A DNA stretch of 10,972 bases from the NCBI RefSeq assembly GCF_006345805.1, contig NW_021827201.1, positions 1 through 10,972 on the forward strand, given 5' to 3'. Positions 7,684-10,972 of the stretch are shown here, piece by piece. Below the pieces are notes generated by a model. That model was not told the DNA's origin, made no database searches, and saw only the letters and a program-made list of their open reading frames with translations. Within the stretch, counting starts at the first letter, position 1, and each line of letters begins with the position of its first letter. The stretch is from Octopus sinensis (taxonomy: Eukaryota). The position numbers and the translations under genes are program-made.

Positions 7684-8230
7684 TAGGTAACTAAGCCGAT
7701 GAGCTGCCGCTATCTCTGAGTTCAAATTCAGCCGACGTCGACTTTCATCCTTTTGGGTTCGATAAACTAAGTACCAGTGAACCACTGGGGACGATGTAGT
7801 CTGTTTCTTTATTGCCCACAAGGGGCTAAACATAGAGGGGACAAACAAGGACAGACAAACGGATTAAGTCGATCACATCGACCCCAGTGCGTAACTGGTA
7901 CTTAATTTATCCACCCCGAAAGGATGAAAGACAAAGTCGACCTCGGCGGAATTTGAACTCAGAACGCAACGACAGACGCAATACGTCTAAGCATTTCGCC
8001 CGGTGTGCTAACGTTTCTGCCAGCTCGCCGCCTTAGTGGGGACGATGTAATCGATTAGTCTTCTCCCCCCCCCAAATTTCACGCCTGGTTCCTATAGTAA
8101 AAAGGGCTATTACTAGGTAACTATGGTGATGAGCTGCCGCTACGTTCTGTGTTCAATTACAGCCGGAGTCGACTTTCATCATTTAGGCGTCGATAAATTA
8201 AGTACCAGTGAAACACTGGGGTGAATGTAA
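7684..8230 (+). mobile_element. Tandem pair of internally deleted family-A-related SINEs (179-bp unit); the first unit is interrupted by a younger SINE
   Basis: Unit 1 is 7684-7798 plus 8050-8113; unit 2 is 8114-8230 (truncated). Both start TAGGTAACTA. Both share the same deletions relative to family A (gagctg^ccgcta, removing most of the tRNA head, and gacttt^catc). About 80-85% identical by eye. Confidence 0.82.
7799..8034 (-). mobile_element. Full-length SINE family A, copy 2, nested insertion
   Basis: A box at 8012-8022 and B box GAGTTCAAATTCC at 7948-7960 (minus strand). Exact 13-bp TSD TGGGGACGATGTA at 7786-7798 and 8037-8049. Removing the insert restores the host text ...actggggacgatgta|atcgattagtc. 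Confidence 0.93.
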
Positions 8231-8348
8231 CCTAAAAAAAAACATCTCCACCGACATACCACAAAGCCTTTGTGATTTCGCCTTGCGATGATGCTTGTCT
8301 CCAACAACATACGTCCACGACGTAGTAACTGGGTTCATCCCCAGCGTG

Positions 8349-8407
<59 letters not shown>

Positions 8408-8421
8408 AACTACTACTACTA
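8349..8421. repeat. (TAC)n trinucleotide microsatellite, about 24 units
   Basis: Direct reading. It is the source of the poly-Ser pseudo-ORF at 8232-8606. Confidence 0.97.
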
Positions 8422-8492
8422 TTATTTCGTTTTGCTATTATTAACTTCATGATCACTACTGTATATTTGTCATAAGTAAAATATGTATCAAT

Positions 8493-8494
<2 letters not shown>

Positions 8495-8545
<51 letters not shown>

Positions 8546-8805
8546 AAATATATATATGTATATATATACCATATATATATATATATATATCTACATATAT
8601 ATACATATATACATAAATATTACATATATATACGCACGTACTTACATGTATACATGCATTGAAAATGCGTTATGTAATATGTTTATATATATATATATAT
8701 ATTCACATATATATTTTTGCCTCTGCGCATGCGTGCGTGGAATTTTTGTTGTCCATTTCTGTGTGCGTTTGTTTGTGCGTGCAGTATAAATATATATATA
8801 TATAT

Positions 8806-8840
<35 letters not shown>

Positions 8841-9038
8841 GATATATATATATATATAAATATATATATATACATATATAATATACGCACGTACTTACAT
8901 GTATACATGCATTGAAAATGCGTTATGTATATATGTTTATATATAGATACATCACATATATATTTTTGCCTCTGCGCATGCGTGCGTGGATGTTTGTGTG
9001 TCCATTTCTGTGTGCGTTTGTTTGTGTGTGCAGTATAA
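8495..9038 (+). repeat. ~250-bp tandem duplication embedded in (TA)n
   Basis: tacgcacgtacttacatgtatacatgcattgaaaatgcgttatg...gcagtataa occurs at 8631-8789 and again at 8884-9038 (offset 249-253). The copies are near-identical apart from a few substitutions and TA length. Confidence 0.92.
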
Positions 9039-9494
9039 TAATGACGAGCAAATAATAACGAACGAAAAGGCATACAGGGGAATATCATAATATCATGAAG
9101 CGAAAATGAAAGTACAGCGCGTTTGTTTATGGCAGTAGCATATTATGCAAATGAGTTAGCGATCAAAGCGAGGAAAATGGTAAATTTATTAATAGGAAAT
9201 GTCAAAGAGCGGTGTATGAGTATGTAATTGTAAGTTCGGATGAGTCCTCCCACGTGAGAGCATGTGTGTGTGTGTGTGTTATGTGTAAGGGGGTTATCGT
9301 TATAAAGAAGGGTTTACTTCAGAGAGGCGAGTCGGTAAATCGAATGTAAATGGTAGGGACGCAGATTTTAGAGCGAGTTAGTACATAAAAGGGAGGAAGA
9401 GATATATCTCGATGGAGATAGGTAAATCATCATACATGCGCATGCGTGTAAACAATCAGAACACACACGTATATAAGTATATTTACAAAGGTAC

Positions 9495-9533
9495 ATATAT
9501 ATATATATAAATGCCTATAAGTTTATGTTTATA

Positions 9534-9573
<40 letters not shown>

Positions 9574-9649
9574 CATATATATATATATTAGTTATATATA
9601 TATATATATATAAATAGATATATATATATATATATAGATAAATAAATAA

Positions 9650-9687
<38 letters not shown>

Positions 9688-9743
9688 ATATATAGATATA
9701 TATTTATTTATTTATATATATTATATATATGATAATATATATA

Positions 9744-9777
<34 letters not shown>
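9495..9777. repeat. Long imperfect (TA)n with (TAAA)n/(TAGA)n inserts
   Basis: Direct reading. Confidence 0.96.
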
Positions 9778-9781
<4 letters not shown>

Positions 9782-10135
9782 TTGTATTGGGGTGCGTACG
9801 TATGCATACGTGTATATTTATATATGCATTGGCAGAGAAAATGTATGTAGAAATTGGGAAAGATAGAGGAAGGGGGAAGAATAAAAATGACTAGTAATTG
9901 TTTGAAAGAAAGATGAATCGAGGGCGGATATCAGAATATAAATAGGTAATCTACAGGGGGAAAAAGGAACCGAACTGATGGCGCTCAATGGAAACGCTAT
10001 AAAGGAGTGGTTGCAAACACAATCGTGCAGAGGAGAATGTGTGTTAAAGAAAGAGAGACTGACTGAGAAATGAGAAAATTCAATCTACATAGACATACAT
10101 GCACATACCTATGAAAAATATACACCTTTTTATAT

Positions 10136-10175
10136 ATACACCTACACATGTTTCAAATACACCTACACATGTTTC
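10136..10175 (+). repeat. Exact 19-bp direct duplication (period 21)
   Basis: ATACACCTACACATGTTTC at 10136-10154 and 10157-10175. Confidence 0.9.
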
Positions 10176-10972
10176 TGCTGCATCCATTAGAAACCGGTGC
10201 GATTTCAACCTTACTGTAATAACGGTGCAGTTTCTTCGTGCCCTTCACTTTAATGTCCTTTGATTTGACTGTTTGAAGTTTGATGTTGATTTTTCTTTGC
10301 TTTCTATGATGTGAAGTTGTACGTTAATTTAGATGCGAACTATCTTCAATTCAAATATTGATTCGATAATCACTCGTTTCTTCCTCATAATAAGTCATTT
10401 CAAAACATTTCACTGTTTAAATGTTTATAATTCATTTATATTGAGAAAACATAAATTTTCTCCTGTGGAAGCCTCATGAAACTTGTTCTTGTCTAGAGTT
10501 CATTATATTACCCTCAGATGTAAAAGCTATGAGATTCTTCTATACATAGGTGACGTTTATTAGTTCCTTGTCTGTATGGTTTTGCACTACTAATTAATTC
10601 CCAATTGCTAGTATAGTCTTTGTTTGTGTCTTTAATAGACCAAATTAACCTATTTAGACTTGTTTGCAATTTTGATTTTATCCCTAAATGAATTTAAATG
10701 ATTAACCAGTCTTGTCTTTGAAACTTAGTGCAGTCGCACTGATGTATAAAGCAATCATTTCCTTCAGATGTCAATTTACATCTATATATTACATCTATGG
10801 CCCAGCAGATTTGCATGCAAATACAATAATTATCTTTGTAAATTGTGTTCAGAGAATAGCTCCTTTCAGGAAAAGTGTTTTTGGCAACATGTCACTTAAA
10901 CAGACACCTCCTACCGACATAACCGAATATCAATATATTGAGCAACAAAGTCTGTTATAAAAATTGAGGATG

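Noticed and set aside
8724-9448. TGCGCATGCGTG three times as NRF1/Ewg sites
   Set aside because: It deviates from the consensus, two copies come from the tandem duplication, and alternating purine-pyrimidine strings are ubiquitous here.
775-9777. Irregular AA/TT interruptions in TA tracts as a higher-order code or CRISPR-like array
   Set aside because: There is no constant repeat-spacer period. They are explained by slippage mutations or consensus errors in long (TA)n, and the context is eukaryotic.
10712-10960. 82-aa ORF, and an overlapping frame with YLCKLC...WQH resembling a C2H2 zinc finger
   Set aside because: The Cys-His spacing is wrong, there is no second His and no recognisable homology. 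This is compatible with chance.

Overview
This is AT-rich, microsatellite-dense animal DNA, most likely intronic or intergenic sequence from an octopus. That assignment is inferred from recalled SINE families and the compound (TA)n/(CA)n/(ATT)n/(TAC)n tracts, which cover roughly a quarter of the window. No intact protein-coding gene is supportable, and most listed ORFs are translated microsatellites. Supported features: (1) three full-length tRNA-derived SINE insertions with readable target-site duplications (TSDs), plus older SINE relics. (2) An 866-bp TA-flanked non-autonomous mariner whose right ~250 bp are an inverted copy of its left end, including the transposase start, making it a fold-back element. 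(3) A separate relic of a mariner catalytic domain. (4) A young SINE inserted antisense into a tandemly duplicated, internally deleted relative, forming a short-loop inverted repeat. (5) A canonical-looking 134-nt minus-strand intron and a 112-nt exon with stops in all frames, with a palindromic double AATAAA further downstream, suggesting an unannotated spliced non-coding or UTR transcript. (6) A ~300-bp microsatellite island that is symmetric about one centre and capped by 23-bp inverted repeats. I cannot establish a new biological system. The best leads are the TE-derived dsRNA-forming structures and the putative spliced transcript beside the fold-back mariner. All coordinates and identities were read by eye.
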